Virus record (IMG/VR): IMGVR_UViG_3300045988_159115 | Direction: 5' to 3' (one strand) | Source of the DNA: a virus | DNA length: 64,000 nt | Translations under genes and position numbers: made by a program | Notes under the pieces: model-generated | Told to the model about the DNA's origin: nothing | Databases searched by the model: none | What the model saw: only the letters and a program-made list of their open reading frames with translations | Shown: in pieces, positions 18,844 to 28,072 of the stretch | Position numbering within the stretch: position 1 is the stretch's first letter | How the letters are laid out: each line of letters begins with the position of its first letter

Positions 18844-18979
18844 GTCGTTACCTCGCTTACAAAAGATTCAATAATGCATGAAGGTGTTACCCTGTCATGC
18901 AAGTATTATATGTCTGTTGCATGACCCCAGACCCCGTAACACATACATAATTCTGTGACGATGAAAGGAGTAATATATT

Positions 18980-19624
18980 ATGGGTAACGTAAAGACCTAT
19001 CCTCGTACACCGGATGTGAATCTTTCAAGTCATTTTGCACTGCATGAATTTGCATGTAAGGATAACGGCGTGAGCAAGACTGTCCTTGTTGATGATGAAC
19101 TGGTTCAGCGTCTTGAGACTCTTCGGAGTCGTCTTGGCGGAAAAGCCATCAATATCAATTCTGGTTATCGTTCTCCCGCTCACGATAAGGCAGTTGGCGG
19201 TTCTGGTAGGGGTTTCCATACGAGAGGCATGGCAGCTGATATCTGGGTTCAGGGCCTTACTTGTGTTCAGCTCGGCATGCTTGCAAAGGAAGTTGGCTTC
19301 CGTGGTATTGGTATGTATCATCGTAAGCCTTCTGAGCAGGTTGTCCATGTTGACACACGCCCGTCTCCGTGTAAGTGGCTTTGCCGTTCTGGTGCAAAGT
19401 ACAATTACATCCAGAACTTCATGCCTACGGTATCTCCTACTTCTCAGGGTGATACAAACAAGACTGCAACCATTATGCTTCAGTCTTGCCTTGGCATCGC
19501 TGAAGATGGGAAGTACGGTCCTGCAACAGTTGCTGCTGTTAAGAAGTTCCAGGCTGCGCATGGTCTGACTGCTGATGGTATCTGCGGTGTTATGACTTGG
19601 AAAGAAATCGGTAAGATTCGTTAA
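18980..19624 (+). CDS. Endolysin: peptidase M15-type domain plus PG_binding_1 domain
   Basis: SGYRSPAHDKAVGGSGRGFHTRGMAADI ... HVD is the zinc-peptidase M15 pattern. C-terminal DGKYGPATVAAVKKFQAAHGLTADGICG is the peptidoglycan-binding repeat. Confidence 0.85.
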   Translation: MGNVKTYPRTPDVNLSSHFALHEFACKDNGVSKTVLVDDELVQRLETLRSRLGGKAININSGYRSPAHDKAVGGSGRGFHTRGMAADIWVQGLTCVQLGMLAKEVGFRGIGMYHRKPSEQVVHVDTRPSPCKWLCRSGAKYNYIQNFMPTVSPTSQGDTNKTATIMLQSCLGIAEDGKYGPATVAAVKKFQAAHGLTADGICGVMTWKEIGKIR

Positions 19625-19633
19625 GACTACAAA

Positions 19634-19675
19634 AAAGACAACGGAAATCGTATTTGAAATCCGTTGTCTTTTTCT
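19634..19675. terminator. Bidirectional terminator
   Basis: AAAGACAACGGA pairs with TCCGTTGTCTTT. Confidence 0.8.
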
Positions 19676-20434
19676 TTACCGCATCATACTGATCCAGTAT
19701 TGGCCAGTCTCAAAAAGAATTGTATTTGGATAATCTTCCTGAGAGATACCCTCAATACCTTCCACATTAGGAGCGATAATCGTTACGTTTTTTAAATTAT
19801 TGCATGTAAGCAGTCCAACTACGTTGCCAGTATACCCAGCTCCAATGAGATACAAACTCCGAAGTTGAGTGCAACGCACAAGTCTCTCTATATTGCCATC
19901 CTTGGCTTTGTGAATATCACCATCAAGTTTCATGAAGCGGATTGTATCACTGATATCACTCATCTTGAACTTCTCAATGAAACAGTTCGGACTGACAATC
20001 AAGCTTTCAAGCCGTTCAAGATTTCCGATATACTCGGACTCCACAGTGATATGATCGAGGAGGGATAAATAGTCAATGTATTCAACATCGCCAAAGAATC
20101 CGACACAGCATGTGTCATTATTCAGTGGCTTAATTGAAAATCGAACGACATAATTCGTCCGCAAGCATTTCTTTCGGAATGCATGCATTGATTTATTGGA
20201 TTCGCCCTCATCAGACCACAGAACACAATTGCTGCTATGGTAAATGAATACTTTTGGCGGACGAAGTTTTTTATCTCCGAAGATATCATGCCGTAAGCAA
20301 ACTTCAAAATTGATTTCGTGAATGATTGCTTGATTCGGCACTTTATATCGAAGAATAAGACGCTTCATCCCTTTCACACTACGCTTCGGATTTGCATTAA
20401 GTTCTTCTATGAACTTTCTCTCACTAGCGTTCAA
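19676..20434 (-). CDS. Leucine-rich-repeat-like protein (TTG start in track)
   Basis: LVRCTQLRSLYLIGAGYTGNVVGLLTCNNLKNVTI has LxxLxLxxN-type periodicity. Apparent paralog of the upstream gene. Start codon uncertain. Confidence 0.45.
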   Translation of the reverse strand: MNASERKFIEELNANPKRSVKGMKRLILRYKVPNQAIIHEINFEVCLRHDIFGDKKLRPPKVFIYHSSNCVLWSDEGESNKSMHAFRKKCLRTNYVVRFSIKPLNNDTCCVGFFGDVEYIDYLSLLDHITVESEYIGNLERLESLIVSPNCFIEKFKMSDISDTIRFMKLDGDIHKAKDGNIERLVRCTQLRSLYLIGAGYTGNVVGLLTCNNLKNVTIIAPNVEGIEGISQEDYPNTILFETGQYWISMMR

Positions 20435-20437
20435 TTT

Positions 20438-20977
20438 TTACAGATCCTTTCCCTCGTCATATTCTACGTCTGTCAGATTCGTAAGAAATTTTATGCCATC
20501 GGAAGTATACCCAGAGATATTGGTATTCTTGATGTTGAGGAATCGTAAGAAGATGCACTTGTAAAGATCAGAGAATTTCCCGTAAACATCAGTGCAATTA
20601 ACATCCAAGTATTCCAAGGAAGTCATCATGCCAAAATCCGACAAAGGATTCGTGATGCTTGTGTTGGCTACAGTAATCTTTGTAACCCGGTTTGCTTTTG
20701 GAATATAGAGCACAGTATCTTCACCTTTCGGAAAAGAAATGACGCTTGTCTTACCATCCGTAGTCCAGATGGTATCCTGATCTACGTATCTATTTCCACG
20801 ACGCACCTTCGAAGTGATTACCTGATTGATACAGGAAGTGATATACACGGTATTCGTTTCGTGAGGGCTCTTCTCATCTTTTCTAAAGAAGAGATATAAG
20901 CCATCATCGTGCTTGGAATAGCGCACACGCAGTCTTGTCACACATTGCTTCATTCGTTTCCATAAAGTCGTCACCAT
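20438..20977 (-). CDS. Leucine-rich-repeat-like protein
   Basis: LEYLDVNCTDVYGKFSDLYKCIFLRFLNIKNTNISG..IKFLTNL. TGGAGGA SD. Downstream of promoter motif 21035-21042. Confidence 0.5.
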   Translation of the reverse strand: MVTTLWKRMKQCVTRLRVRYSKHDDGLYLFFRKDEKSPHETNTVYITSCINQVITSKVRRGNRYVDQDTIWTTDGKTSVISFPKGEDTVLYIPKANRVTKITVANTSITNPLSDFGMMTSLEYLDVNCTDVYGKFSDLYKCIFLRFLNIKNTNISGYTSDGIKFLTNLTDVEYDEGKDL

Positions 20978-21034
20978 AATAATTCCTCCAAGTTTTTATA
21001 TTCATGAGCTTCTTTTCATCTACTCACTATAATT

Positions 21035-21042
21035 ATAATATA
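21035..21042 (-). promoter_or_regulatory. Phage promoter-like motif TATATTAT(A)
   Basis: The minus strand reads TTGATTATATATTATAATTAT. 58 nt before ATG 20977. Confidence 0.5.
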
Positions 21043-21184
21043 TAATCAAAAACAATTAGGTAGAAATGTTTTCCTTCTTCCTTTCAAATTTTGGTCGGTC
21101 GAACACGCGCGGGCAAAATCATATGATCCAGACTGCTGTAACGTCTTAGATTACAGTAGTCTGGATTATGCTTTATTAGACAAG

Positions 21185-21230
21185 AAAAATCCCTATGGAA
21201 TACCAGTATAAGTATCCATAGGGATTTTTT
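21185..21230 (-). terminator. Terminator of the fibre-like gene
   Basis: AAAAATCCCTATGGA pairs with TCCATAGGGATTTTT. Confidence 0.8.
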
Positions 21231-21247
21231 ATGCTAGAGGATAAAGA

Positions 21248-22618
21248 TCACTTTTCCTCATCAGTTGATGTAGACGCTGAATCCTCAGTGGGAGGAGTCG
21301 TAGTCTCTGAAGGAGTCTCTTCCTTTACACTACCCTCTTCAGTTGAGTCAGTGGAAGGAGTCTCGACGGTTTCATCGGGCTTATTCTCAGTCTCAGTCTC
21401 CTCAGTTGATCCTGCGGCTTCAGAAGACTGATCGGTGCCAGATGCCTCAGTGGACTCACCCTTCTCGGTTGTGTCAGTGGATGCATCGGTTTCACCAGTC
21501 ACAGTATCGGTGGTTTCGCCTTCTGAAGTAGACTTATCTTCGGAGGAACCAGGATTGGTTTCATCCGTAGATTCAGGAGGAGTCACTGTACCATTATCGG
21601 TATCGGTAGTTTCACCAGATCCGGTTGTGTCAGTAGACTCACCAGGTTCGGTCGTTTCCGTACCGGTTGTCTCACCAGAGCCTTCCGTCTCAGTAGACTT
21701 ATCCGGCTCAGGTGTTTCAGTCTTAGTCTCCTCAGACTTCTTAGCAGCATCGAGTTCAGACTGGAGACGGTCGTTCTTTGCCTTCTCAGCATTGAGCTCC
21801 TCTGTGGTATCATGGAGCTGCTTCCATGCGTCAGATGCGGAAGCTTCTGCATTATCAGCACGGTTAGTTGCATTAGCCAGATCCTTTTCGGTCTCAGCCT
21901 TAGAATCTTCAGCTTCCTTCTGAGCCTTCTCAGCGGCAGCCTTAGCAGCTTCTGCCTCAGCCTGTGCCTTCATAGCATCCTCAGCATTGACTCGAGCAAT
22001 CTCAGCCTTATTCTCTGCATCGGCGATGCGATCAAACAGATCCATCAGAGCAGCAGTGACATTAGGCATGTTGTACTGATCGAGAACCGTTCGATCACCG
22101 ATCAGGCCAAGATAGTCGCTGTAGGTAAGCGGAGCGTCATATGCATCCGCAACAGACGTGTTAGGTTCAACGCCAAGCCTCTTATACAGATCAGCAATTG
22201 CACCAATGATAGTACCATCGCCGCCATAAGAATCCAGCAGAGATGCGTTGCCAATGGCATCCGCAATATTCAGACCAATCAGATCAGTATCCACAAAATC
22301 GGTGGAACCAACTGCCTGGTCTTCCATCGGACCGGTAACATTGCCATCCTTGTCAGCAACGACAAATTCGGTACCAGAACCATTCGTAGCAGTACCGTCG
22401 CTGTCATCGACACTGGCAACAGCATCATCATCGAGACTCATAGGCTGAGCAGCAGGTGCGTCACTGACAAGATTCTGAGCTGCGATTGAGCTATCCGAGA
22501 TGAAGTATGTCTTCAGAGGATTATTCTTCTCAGCAGTTGTCAGCTTGTCGTAATTTGCTTGAGTAATAACGATATTTTGTTCAGCGGTTGCAATGATCTC
22601 GTCATTAATTTTAATCAT
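21248..22618 (-). CDS. Fibre/decoration-like structural protein with coiled coil and T/E-rich tail
   Basis: AAAGGAGG SD. Central AEAEAAKAAAEKAQKEAE coiled coil. The last 160 aa or so are T/E/S/G/D low complexity. Confidence 0.5.
   Translation of the reverse strand: MIKINDEIIATAEQNIVITQANYDKLTTAEKNNPLKTYFISDSSIAAQNLVSDAPAAQPMSLDDDAVASVDDSDGTATNGSGTEFVVADKDGNVTGPMEDQAVGSTDFVDTDLIGLNIADAIGNASLLDSYGGDGTIIGAIADLYKRLGVEPNTSVADAYDAPLTYSDYLGLIGDRTVLDQYNMPNVTAALMDLFDRIADAENKAEIARVNAEDAMKAQAEAEAAKAAAEKAQKEAEDSKAETEKDLANATNRADNAEASASDAWKQLHDTTEELNAEKAKNDRLQSELDAAKKSEETKTETPEPDKSTETEGSGETTGTETTEPGESTDTTGSGETTDTDNGTVTPPESTDETNPGSSEDKSTSEGETTDTVTGETDASTDTTEKGESTEASGTDQSSEAAGSTEETETENKPDETVETPSTDSTEEGSVKEETPSETTTPPTEDSASTSTDEEK
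21251..21727 (-). repeat. Coding T/E/S/G/D low-complexity tail
   Basis: ETKTETPEPDKSTETEGSGETTGTETTEPGESTDTTGSGETTDT and onward to the C-terminus. Confidence 0.7.
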
Positions 22619-22642
22619 TTCTGTTATCCTCCTTTCTTCTCA

Positions 22643-23158
22643 TTATACCTTGACAAATACCAGCTGACCATTAATGAGAGCATCTGTAGCTACAGCGTAG
22701 GTAGAGATGTTCGTAAGGGTCAGTGCACCGGCAGCTGTACAAGAGAGTTTCAGGTTGATAACGCCCTTACTAGGAACGATTGTTGCGCTGGAATCAGTCT
22801 CTTCGACGTACATACCGCACATACCTGTTGTAAACACAACAGTGGAGGTCTCAATCTTCGGACGAATGGTAGTACCAAGCGTAGAAATTGAGACGGATGC
22901 ACCTGCTGCCAATGCTGCCTTAAGTTTAACATTGACCAGAGACAGTACAACCATCTCATGACTATTTGCATACGTGATACTACCCGAACTTGTATTGGCC
23001 AGAGTCAGAGAGCCGTTTGCAGTAGTTGTGAGCTCCTTCAATGCTGTCTGAACTGTGGTAGACGTAATGCGGGTGCCGGATGTGGCAACTGAGACATTTG
23101 ATGCCGGCAGTGTGGAACCACCAGCATATACGACGCCCGATTTTACAATCTTCGGCAT
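22643..23158 (-). CDS. Hypothetical structural protein (171 aa, T/S/A/G-rich)
   Basis: AAAGGGTGA SD. Immediately upstream of the fibre-like gene. Confidence 0.55.
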   Translation of the reverse strand: MPKIVKSGVVYAGGSTLPASNVSVATSGTRITSTTVQTALKELTTTANGSLTLANTSSGSITYANSHEMVVLSLVNVKLKAALAAGASVSISTLGTTIRPKIETSTVVFTTGMCGMYVEETDSSATIVPSKGVINLKLSCTAAGALTLTNISTYAVATDALINGQLVFVKV

Positions 23159-23238
23159 ATAGATTTATCACCCTTTCTTTAAGATTATTACCCAATATCG
23201 TTATAATAAAGGACAGATCAGGTATTAGCTATATGTTT

Positions 23239-24327
23239 TTAGACGACTATCAGGCGGTACTTGTTACCATACAGGTCTGTAGCAGTAGATGTAGAGCGGT
23301 TGATATTCATTCTAGTGTGTTCAGGAAGCGGATAATCATCAATCACGACACCATCTTTATCAACGGCTTGGAATTCATACTTATCCGGATCGTCTTCAGA
23401 AAGATCATCGTGCCAAACGACATTGATCTTTACACCACGATTTTCATATTCAAGATACTTCAGCGTTTCTTCATCACGAGATTCTTCGCCGAGAGAATCT
23501 TCAATACCATCAAACAGATCGTCATCGTTGCTTACATCAGAATAGTCCTGTGTGGAAGAAGAATCGGTAGGCGCAATATTATTACGACCCATTTCCATCA
23601 TAGTCTTCAGATAGGTAGAAGCGTAGTTCACCATATTGGCCTGCTCAGAGGTATTATTGGAGCCAAATTCTTTGCGCTCTTTGAAGTTCATATCTGCAAT
23701 AGAACGCTTTGTGGAAATAATCTTATCCACAATCTGAAGGCTCGTACCACGTGCAGTACTGATACTATTGATAAGATCGGTCGTGAATTTCCCAATACCA
23801 CGGGCACTACTCTTAGAGCTTTCCAGCTGGTCATACTTCTTTTGGAGAGAATCAACGAACTTAGCTTGCTGAAGTTGCATGTCCCTAAGCAAGGCAAGCT
23901 CAGGTTCAAACTCCTTCTTATGATTGATAGGCTGGCCATCTTTCTTTTTCTTCTTTTTGTCGCCATCGCCTTCATCATCTTCATCATAATCAAAAAGATC
24001 GTTGAAGCGCTTATTTTTCTTCTTCTTTTTCTTCTTTGCAGATTTAACGCCGAAGCTAAAGTCGACAGCTTCGTCCTGCATGGAATTCATTCCATTCAGA
24101 TAATACTGGAAGTCATCATCTTCCTGCTTAATAGCAGATTGATTGCGTTCCACCTTCTTTTTCTCAGCTTTCGCTAAGAGATCAGAAGCCAGAACGCAAT
24201 CATCTGTCCCATAATCGTCAAGATCTGCGGTAGCGTCAAGAAGGCTTTGTACTCGATTCGTTTTTACTTTACGCTTCGAGTTTACTTCGATTTCGCTCTT
24301 AGGTAGATCGTCGTAATTATACTTCAT
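23239..24327 (-). CDS. Hypothetical protein with poly-Lys tracts (362 aa)
   Basis: GAAAGGTGG SD. Contains the KKKKKKNKR and KKKKKKD runs. Confidence 0.65.
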   Translation of the reverse strand: MKYNYDDLPKSEIEVNSKRKVKTNRVQSLLDATADLDDYGTDDCVLASDLLAKAEKKKVERNQSAIKQEDDDFQYYLNGMNSMQDEAVDFSFGVKSAKKKKKKKNKRFNDLFDYDEDDEGDGDKKKKKKDGQPINHKKEFEPELALLRDMQLQQAKFVDSLQKKYDQLESSKSSARGIGKFTTDLINSISTARGTSLQIVDKIISTKRSIADMNFKERKEFGSNNTSEQANMVNYASTYLKTMMEMGRNNIAPTDSSSTQDYSDVSNDDDLFDGIEDSLGEESRDEETLKYLEYENRGVKINVVWHDDLSEDDPDKYEFQAVDKDGVVIDDYPLPEHTRMNINRSTSTATDLYGNKYRLIVV

Positions 24328-24453
24328 ATAAAGACCACCTTTCGTTGGTAATTAATGGAAAGCCTAGAAAACTTATGCATCTGTTTTTCCTATCCTTTTT
24401 CATTGGCCTTGTGACAGTTGACTAAACGAAAGACCGAAAGGAATGAAACTAAT

Positions 24454-26280
24454 ATGGTAGATACAGTGAAACCCAAAAAAGATTCTTCCATGTTGATTGA
24501 CATTCAATATGTGAAACCTAGTAAAGCAAATAACCAGCCAGATGACTATCTCTACATTATCTGGAGAGATATGGATACTGGTGAGAAGCATTTGATGATA
24601 AATAAAAACCCGGTCATTCCTATCTATTTTGAGAAGGAAGAGTATCGGGATCATGACTATTGTAAGAATTACGCTCCGATGGATCATCTCGTAGAGAAAT
24701 TTGTTCCGTATCGAGATGTGACGAAGGAGATTGCTTGTGAAGCTGGTGGCCAGTGGCTTCAGATTTACAAGGAGAATATGAGAGCCGGTCGTTATGGAGA
24801 GAATAAAAAAATTTATGCTTATCCATACACGTTCGGCTCTGATTATGACCCTATCCCTATTTATCGAGCAAAATGGCTTAATAAATTTGATAATGATAGG
24901 GTTAAAAAACTGCATAAGGGATTCCTCGATATTGAGGTTGATGGTATCGAAACTCCGGGAATGCCTTCTGCACAAGACTGTCCTGTTAATGCAGTTACTC
25001 TGATTGACGGATGGGATGGTATCGTATACACTTTCCTTTATGTCGGTAGACAGTATGAAGGAAGCGATCCTCATCGTAAAGAGATGTATGCTAATATGCA
25101 TGCTCAGCAGAAGTATATGATTACTCATACTTCTGAATTTAATCAGAAGCTCCATGAAACCTATGACGACTTCTACGGTGCTGACTTGAAGTATAAGCAA
25201 TTCTTCTATACCGATGAGAAGAAGATGCTTGTCCATTTATTCCAGCTTATCAACCAATTGAAGCTTGACTTCATTGCTGTGTGGAATATCTCCTTCGATA
25301 TGCCGTACTTAATTGAACGATTGACTCGATTGGGACTTGACCCGAAAGAAGTAATGTGCCATCCGGATTTTCCTGCTAAGGTTTGCTACTTTAAGAAGGA
25401 CGATCGAAACTTCGAAATTAAGAATAAGAATGATACGATGATTCTTAGTTCTTATACGAATTTCATCGACCAAATGGAACTGTATGCAGCAAACCGTAAA
25501 GGTGCATCCGAACTTCGTTCCTATAAGCTGAATTTCATTGCACAGAAAGAGTTGAAGGATACGAAGCTCGATTATTCTGACGAAGGTAATATTAAGACTC
25601 TTCCATATGAGAACTTCGAGATGTTTGTGACATACAACATCAAGGACGTTTTGCTTCAGTATGGTATTGAACGCCGTACTTGTGATATGGATACCTTATA
25701 TGTCTCTTCGTATAAGAATGCTACTCCGTATGCAAAGGTCTTTAAGCAAACCGTCGTTCTTCGTAACGTGCAATACGTGAACTTCTTAAGTAGAGGACTG
25801 GTTCCTGGAAATAACATCAATGTCCTCTTTGATACAAAGGCTGCACCTAAGTATGATGATGAAGGAAACTTGATTGACGAAGATGAGAGCTTCGAAGGTG
25901 CGCTCGTAGCCGATCCGACGTATAATGATAAAGTCGGTATTGACATTTACGGCCAGCCTTCCAATAATATCTTCCTCAATGCAGTTGACTTCGATATGTC
26001 TGCATTCTATCCTTCTAGCATTCGTGCCATGAATATCGACCCGTCTACGTTGATTTTCAAAATGCAGCTTGACCTTGATCAGTATGATATTTATGGCGGA
26101 GAAATTCCTCTGAATGGTATTACTTGGAAAAAATTCGTTGAAGAAGGAGAGAAAGACGGAAGCAAGGAGTTCATTGATAACTTCCAGACAGGGAACTACC
26201 ATAGCTTTGGTAGCAAATGGCTTAATATGCCTTCTGTCGATGAAGTATTCCAGCGTATGAAAGAGGAGCTTGGAGACTAA
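24454..26280 (+). CDS. Family-B DNA polymerase, N-terminal part (exonuclease domain through motif A)
   Basis: ExoI FLDIEVD, ExoII WNISFDMPYL, ExoIII YNIKDVLL, PolA motif DFDMSAFYPSS. Stops about 100 aa later without KxxxNSxYG or YGDTDS. The track start TTG 24418 was replaced by ATG 24454. Confidence 0.8.
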   Translation: MVDTVKPKKDSSMLIDIQYVKPSKANNQPDDYLYIIWRDMDTGEKHLMINKNPVIPIYFEKEEYRDHDYCKNYAPMDHLVEKFVPYRDVTKEIACEAGGQWLQIYKENMRAGRYGENKKIYAYPYTFGSDYDPIPIYRAKWLNKFDNDRVKKLHKGFLDIEVDGIETPGMPSAQDCPVNAVTLIDGWDGIVYTFLYVGRQYEGSDPHRKEMYANMHAQQKYMITHTSEFNQKLHETYDDFYGADLKYKQFFYTDEKKMLVHLFQLINQLKLDFIAVWNISFDMPYLIERLTRLGLDPKEVMCHPDFPAKVCYFKKDDRNFEIKNKNDTMILSSYTNFIDQMELYAANRKGASELRSYKLNFIAQKELKDTKLDYSDEGNIKTLPYENFEMFVTYNIKDVLLQYGIERRTCDMDTLYVSSYKNATPYAKVFKQTVVLRNVQYVNFLSRGLVPGNNINVLFDTKAAPKYDDEGNLIDEDESFEGALVADPTYNDKVGIDIYGQPSNNIFLNAVDFDMSAFYPSSIRAMNIDPSTLIFKMQLDLDQYDIYGGEIPLNGITWKKFVEEGEKDGSKEFIDNFQTGNYHSFGSKWLNMPSVDEVFQRMKEELGD

Positions 26281-27137
26281 TGGTAGATACACAGAAGAAC
26301 TATATCCAAATCATTTCAGATCTTGTCTCTGTCCCACAGGATGAGCTGACTGAGATGCTTAAGAAAGATCTTAGGAAAAAGAAAGCAACTCCTTTGATGG
26401 AAGAAATTATGAGTGCTCTCGGAGTGTCAGAAGAAGAATTGCGAGAGCAACTCAGATATGAATTCACCGGTAAGATTACCGTTCATATTCCAGAAGAAGA
26501 GATTCGTTCTCCAATTGCCAAGATGCTGTCTAAATTGATTCGTGTCATGAACGATATCTATATCTTAAAGACTGGTGATGTCATTAGTCTGGATGTAGAC
26601 TATCCGTATCACATCAAATTACAGCAGGAGATGACGGAGTCTATTTTCTCATTACTTCCTGAGATTGATGGAATCATTCATATTCCAAATGCTCGTGAAT
26701 TTAAGATGATGCTTTATCCTTCTGACAAGGAAGCGATGACTGATGGATTCGATTTTTACGAGTATAAGACAAAAGCAGTTCCAGTTATCTTGAATTCTGA
26801 AAAAGGAAAAGTCTTAGCAAGACTCAAGTATTATCAGGATTTGAGTGCTGGCTGTGATAGCTGGTATGATTTCGTTTTGGACGAATCGACGATCAATAAG
26901 ATTTTCGTGAATAACGATTATTTTGATTTCGTTCCAGAAGGAGTGGAAGGTGGTCCTTCGATTATTCTTACGAAGGAATCTTTCCCACTCATTACAGAAA
27001 AGACAGCTGATATCATAGAGTATAGCGCAAGACAATACTCTAAAGACTTATACCTAATCGTATTCAGATTCGATTGTGGTATTTTTTCAGTTCAATCGTT
27101 CAACTTCTATATCCCGATGGTTAGAAAAGATAGCTGA
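26280..27137 (+). CDS. Hypothetical protein (285 aa), not the missing polymerase half
   Basis: TAATG-coupled to the polymerase fragment. Contains no motif B or C. Confidence 0.65.
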   Translation: MVDTQKNYIQIISDLVSVPQDELTEMLKKDLRKKKATPLMEEIMSALGVSEEELREQLRYEFTGKITVHIPEEEIRSPIAKMLSKLIRVMNDIYILKTGDVISLDVDYPYHIKLQQEMTESIFSLLPEIDGIIHIPNAREFKMMLYPSDKEAMTDGFDFYEYKTKAVPVILNSEKGKVLARLKYYQDLSAGCDSWYDFVLDESTINKIFVNNDYFDFVPEGVEGGPSIILTKESFPLITEKTADIIEYSARQYSKDLYLIVFRFDCGIFSVQSFNFYIPMVRKDS

Positions 27138-27144
27138 AACTAAA

Positions 27145-27195
27145 AAATAAGAACCAAGGTTTCTCGTACTAGAGTGAACCTTGGTTCTTATTTTA
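27145..27195 (+). terminator. Rho-independent terminator
   Basis: AATAAGAACCAAGGTT pairs with AACCTTGGTTCTTATTT. Confidence 0.8.
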
Positions 27196-27245
27196 CAAAA
27201 AAGAAGGGATACCTAGCTGGTTGCTAGGTCCCTTGATCCCATGGA

Positions 27246-27851
27246 TTATTTCATAGGATCGAAGTCACGAACCAAGAATGGTACGTAGATGTTGTCTATA
27301 TTCATGAGGAGGAAATAGCAAATGCCGTCCTCGCTCATGAAATGGTGAATTTTCATGTATTCGGTGTGATCGCCATAGACATCCTGGACAGCCTTGTACT
27401 CATTAGCATACTGGATGCCGATGAGTTGGTCGCCATTGGTGGACGTAGCGAACAGATCCGCGCTCGAAATCCTCAAGTAGTTCTTTCCGGTGGAAAGCAC
27501 AGACATGAAATCATCGAACGATTCCGGAGAGAACCCGGTATAGTGCATGAGATCGTTGATGACGTCGGGGGTGAAGATAGTTTCCAGATTGAGGCCGCGA
27601 ACGAACTGTGTGAGCACAACGTTCTTATTGGGTTTGACTGTCTTGTAGATCGGGCTCTTTACGATGATGTCACCATTCAGGAGGGAAGAGCATTGCTGAT
27701 CAGCCGTATTAGCGTAGAGCAACCGATCGTATATCTCAGAATACCCTTCGTAATATTTAACAGACCCATTGACTACCGTTGCTTTGATGATGTGAAATGG
27801 ATTGTACTGTTCGGTGCGGCGCAAGGCGCTCTTGCTGATTTCATATCCCAT
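27246..27851 (-). CDS. Hypothetical protein (201 aa)
   Basis: AGGAGAAGGA SD. Downstream of promoter motif 27929-27936. Confidence 0.65.
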   Translation of the reverse strand: MGYEISKSALRRTEQYNPFHIIKATVVNGSVKYYEGYSEIYDRLLYANTADQQCSSLLNGDIIVKSPIYKTVKPNKNVVLTQFVRGLNLETIFTPDVINDLMHYTGFSPESFDDFMSVLSTGKNYLRISSADLFATSTNGDQLIGIQYANEYKAVQDVYGDHTEYMKIHHFMSEDGICYFLLMNIDNIYVPFLVRDFDPMK

Positions 27852-27928
27852 TCTGTTTTCCTTCTCCTAGTATACACTAGGCCAAAATGAATATAAGTAA
27901 ACCGATTGCTTACTTCATATTCACTATT

Positions 27929-27936
27929 ATAATATA
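27929..27936 (-). promoter_or_regulatory. Phage promoter-like motif TATATTAT(A)
   Basis: The minus strand reads AATAATTATATATTATAATAG. 78 nt before ATG 27851. Confidence 0.45.
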
Positions 27937-28072
27937 TAATTATTTTAAATGATTAACTGTTATACTCCACAGGAAATGATGCTGAAAACACTAAGGTAAG
28001 CTTAAGACAATACATATGATGCATTACGTTTTCATATCAAAAAATAGATTTGAGAGGAGTGTAGTAAGTCCT

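Noticed and set aside
18391-19624. Calling 18391-18843 a holin, which would make a holin-endolysin cassette.
   Set aside because: It has only one hydrophobic helix, it is transcribed divergently from the endolysin, and I recognise no holin family motif. It is left as a membrane-anchored protein of unknown function.
21093-21114. GC-rich 22-mer GGTCGGTCGAACACGCGCGGGC in an AT-rich intergenic region, next to a second strong hairpin (about 21127-21170).
   Set aside because: It is a single copy with no dyad symmetry or repeat partner in the window. I cannot assign a function, and it may simply be spacer sequence.
24454-26291. Both the polymerase fragment and the next gene begin with the same 12 nt, ATGGTAGATACA (MVDT).
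   Set aside because: The match is short and AT-rich, and there is no further similarity between the proteins. I treat it as coincidence.
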